Positions 62,432-64,000 of a stretch of 64,000 nucleotides of DNA are shown one piece after another. Each line of letters opens with the position of its first letter. Within the stretch, counting starts at the first letter, position 1. A program made the position numbers and the translations under genes. The notes beneath the pieces were generated by a model. That model was not told the DNA's origin, did not search any database, and worked only from the letters and a program-made list of their open reading frames with translations. This DNA is from Octopus sinensis (Eukaryota): assembly GCF_006345805.1 (NCBI RefSeq), contig NC_043010.1:11222001-11286000 (forward strand). Direction: 5' to 3'.

Positions 62432-63309
62432 GTAAATATATATGTAAATATATATATTTATATGTATATATATGATTGTATGTATGTATGTATGTATGTA
62501 TGTATGTATGTATGTATGTATGTATGTATGCATGTGTGTATGTATGTGTGTGTGTGTATACTACAACGCAACAATGAATTATACCTGTGTAAGCATCATT
62601 ATCATCGTGCCCATATTCAAACTGTTTTAAATCAAAAAAGAAACAATAACTCACTGACAGGAATTGAACCACCAATCTCTTATTTACCAGGAGTATGCTA
62701 TCCATTACTTATTGGGTATGTCTATCCATAGCAAACAAAAACTGATAATGGTGCTGATAGTTGTAGACGCAGTGTTCAAAAGATAAATGCTTATGTAGAC
62801 GTATGAGGTAGAAAAAGAAAAACTTCAATCAAGTAAAAAGTATCATAACGTGCGTGTGTGGTACACATATACACATACACAAATAAAGAAATAACATATA
62901 CACATACACAGATACACTCACATGCACACACACACACACACACACACACATGTGCTCACAAACAGTTAAGACCAATCATACACCATACATACATATATAT
63001 ATATATATATATACATGCACACATATATACATACATTCTACCTCAACAAATTCCATCTGACCCATGCAAGTATGGAAAAGTGGACGTTAAAACATCGCTG
63101 AAGATAACGGTGATGATGATGCGTGTGCGTGTGTGTGTACATAAACACATGTATATGATATGTGTATATGTATGTATATATAAGTAAGAGAAGGAAAGAA
63201 ATATACTTCAGTATCCACATTCAAACGCACTTTCTAATCTAAGTTATCTTATATATATATATATAATATATATGTACATACATACATATATTACATACAT
63301 ATATATATA

Positions 63310-63385
<76 letters not shown>

Positions 63386-64000
63386 CATACAATACATACA
63401 TACATTCCGCCTCAGAAAATTCCGTCTGACCAAACAAGTGTGGAAAAGTGAATGTGTTAAAACGATGATAACGTTATTATATATACAAACACACATATAT
63501 ACACATACAGAGCGTACATGATATATATATATAATATATATATATATATACGTATTTATGTGTATATATATATGTATAAATATATATATAATATATTATA
63601 TATATATATATTATATATATATATATATAGACACAACAACACATATATACATACAGAGAGTACATGATAGATATACACCACACACATATATATTACATAA
63701 AATACGTAACATATACCCATACATACTTGCATACATACATACATGCATACATGTATTCATACATACATATATACATACATACATACGTACATACATACAT
63801 ACATACTTACATATACCAACTCACTTACATGCACACGTATTCATGCGAAAGTAAAGAATTTCAAGCCAAAGAAATCCGCTTACTTGTAAGAATCCGTCCG
63901 ATGGGTCCCTGTTAGATTCTCACTGTATGTTCTTAAGAAGAGTTTCCAGTTATTCTGCAGACTTGGAGTGGTAAGAGAAGGAGATAGGTGTATGCATATG

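Noticed and set aside
62650-62716. tRNA-like A and B boxes on the minus strand
   Set aside because: Anticodon and acceptor stems do not pair; at best a decayed SINE head.

Overview
AT-rich, microsatellite-dense eukaryotic DNA. The protocadherin type, SINE families and repeat density point to an octopus (coleoid cephalopod) genome; this is an inference. Only one convincing host coding region is present: a 2.4-kb minus-strand exon (CDS 25396-27765) encoding the signal peptide, six cadherin repeats, transmembrane helix and start of the cytoplasmic tail of a protocadherin, with recognisable splice sites on both sides. The rest is transposon-derived or simple repeat: four SINE families, three non-autonomous Helitrons, mariner and Tc1 relics, hAT, piggyBac-type and Tc1/mariner-type MITEs, CR1, RTE and R4/Dong-type LINE ends, and Penelope-like pieces carrying hammerhead-ribozyme relics. 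Nearly all other listed ORFs are artefacts of microsatellites or SINEs. The most notable observations are: an array of several (AAT)n-associated retroelements at 51-60 kb; a palindrome folded back at the apex of a hammerhead helix II; 11 of 12 young SINE copies lying in the orientation that hides their cryptic splice acceptor from the protocadherin transcript; a degenerate EC3-EC4 calcium linker; and a pre-miRNA-like hairpin. Nothing prokaryotic (CRISPR, rRNA, true tRNA) is seen. Coordinates and identities were read by eye; element boundaries marked approximate may be off by some bases.
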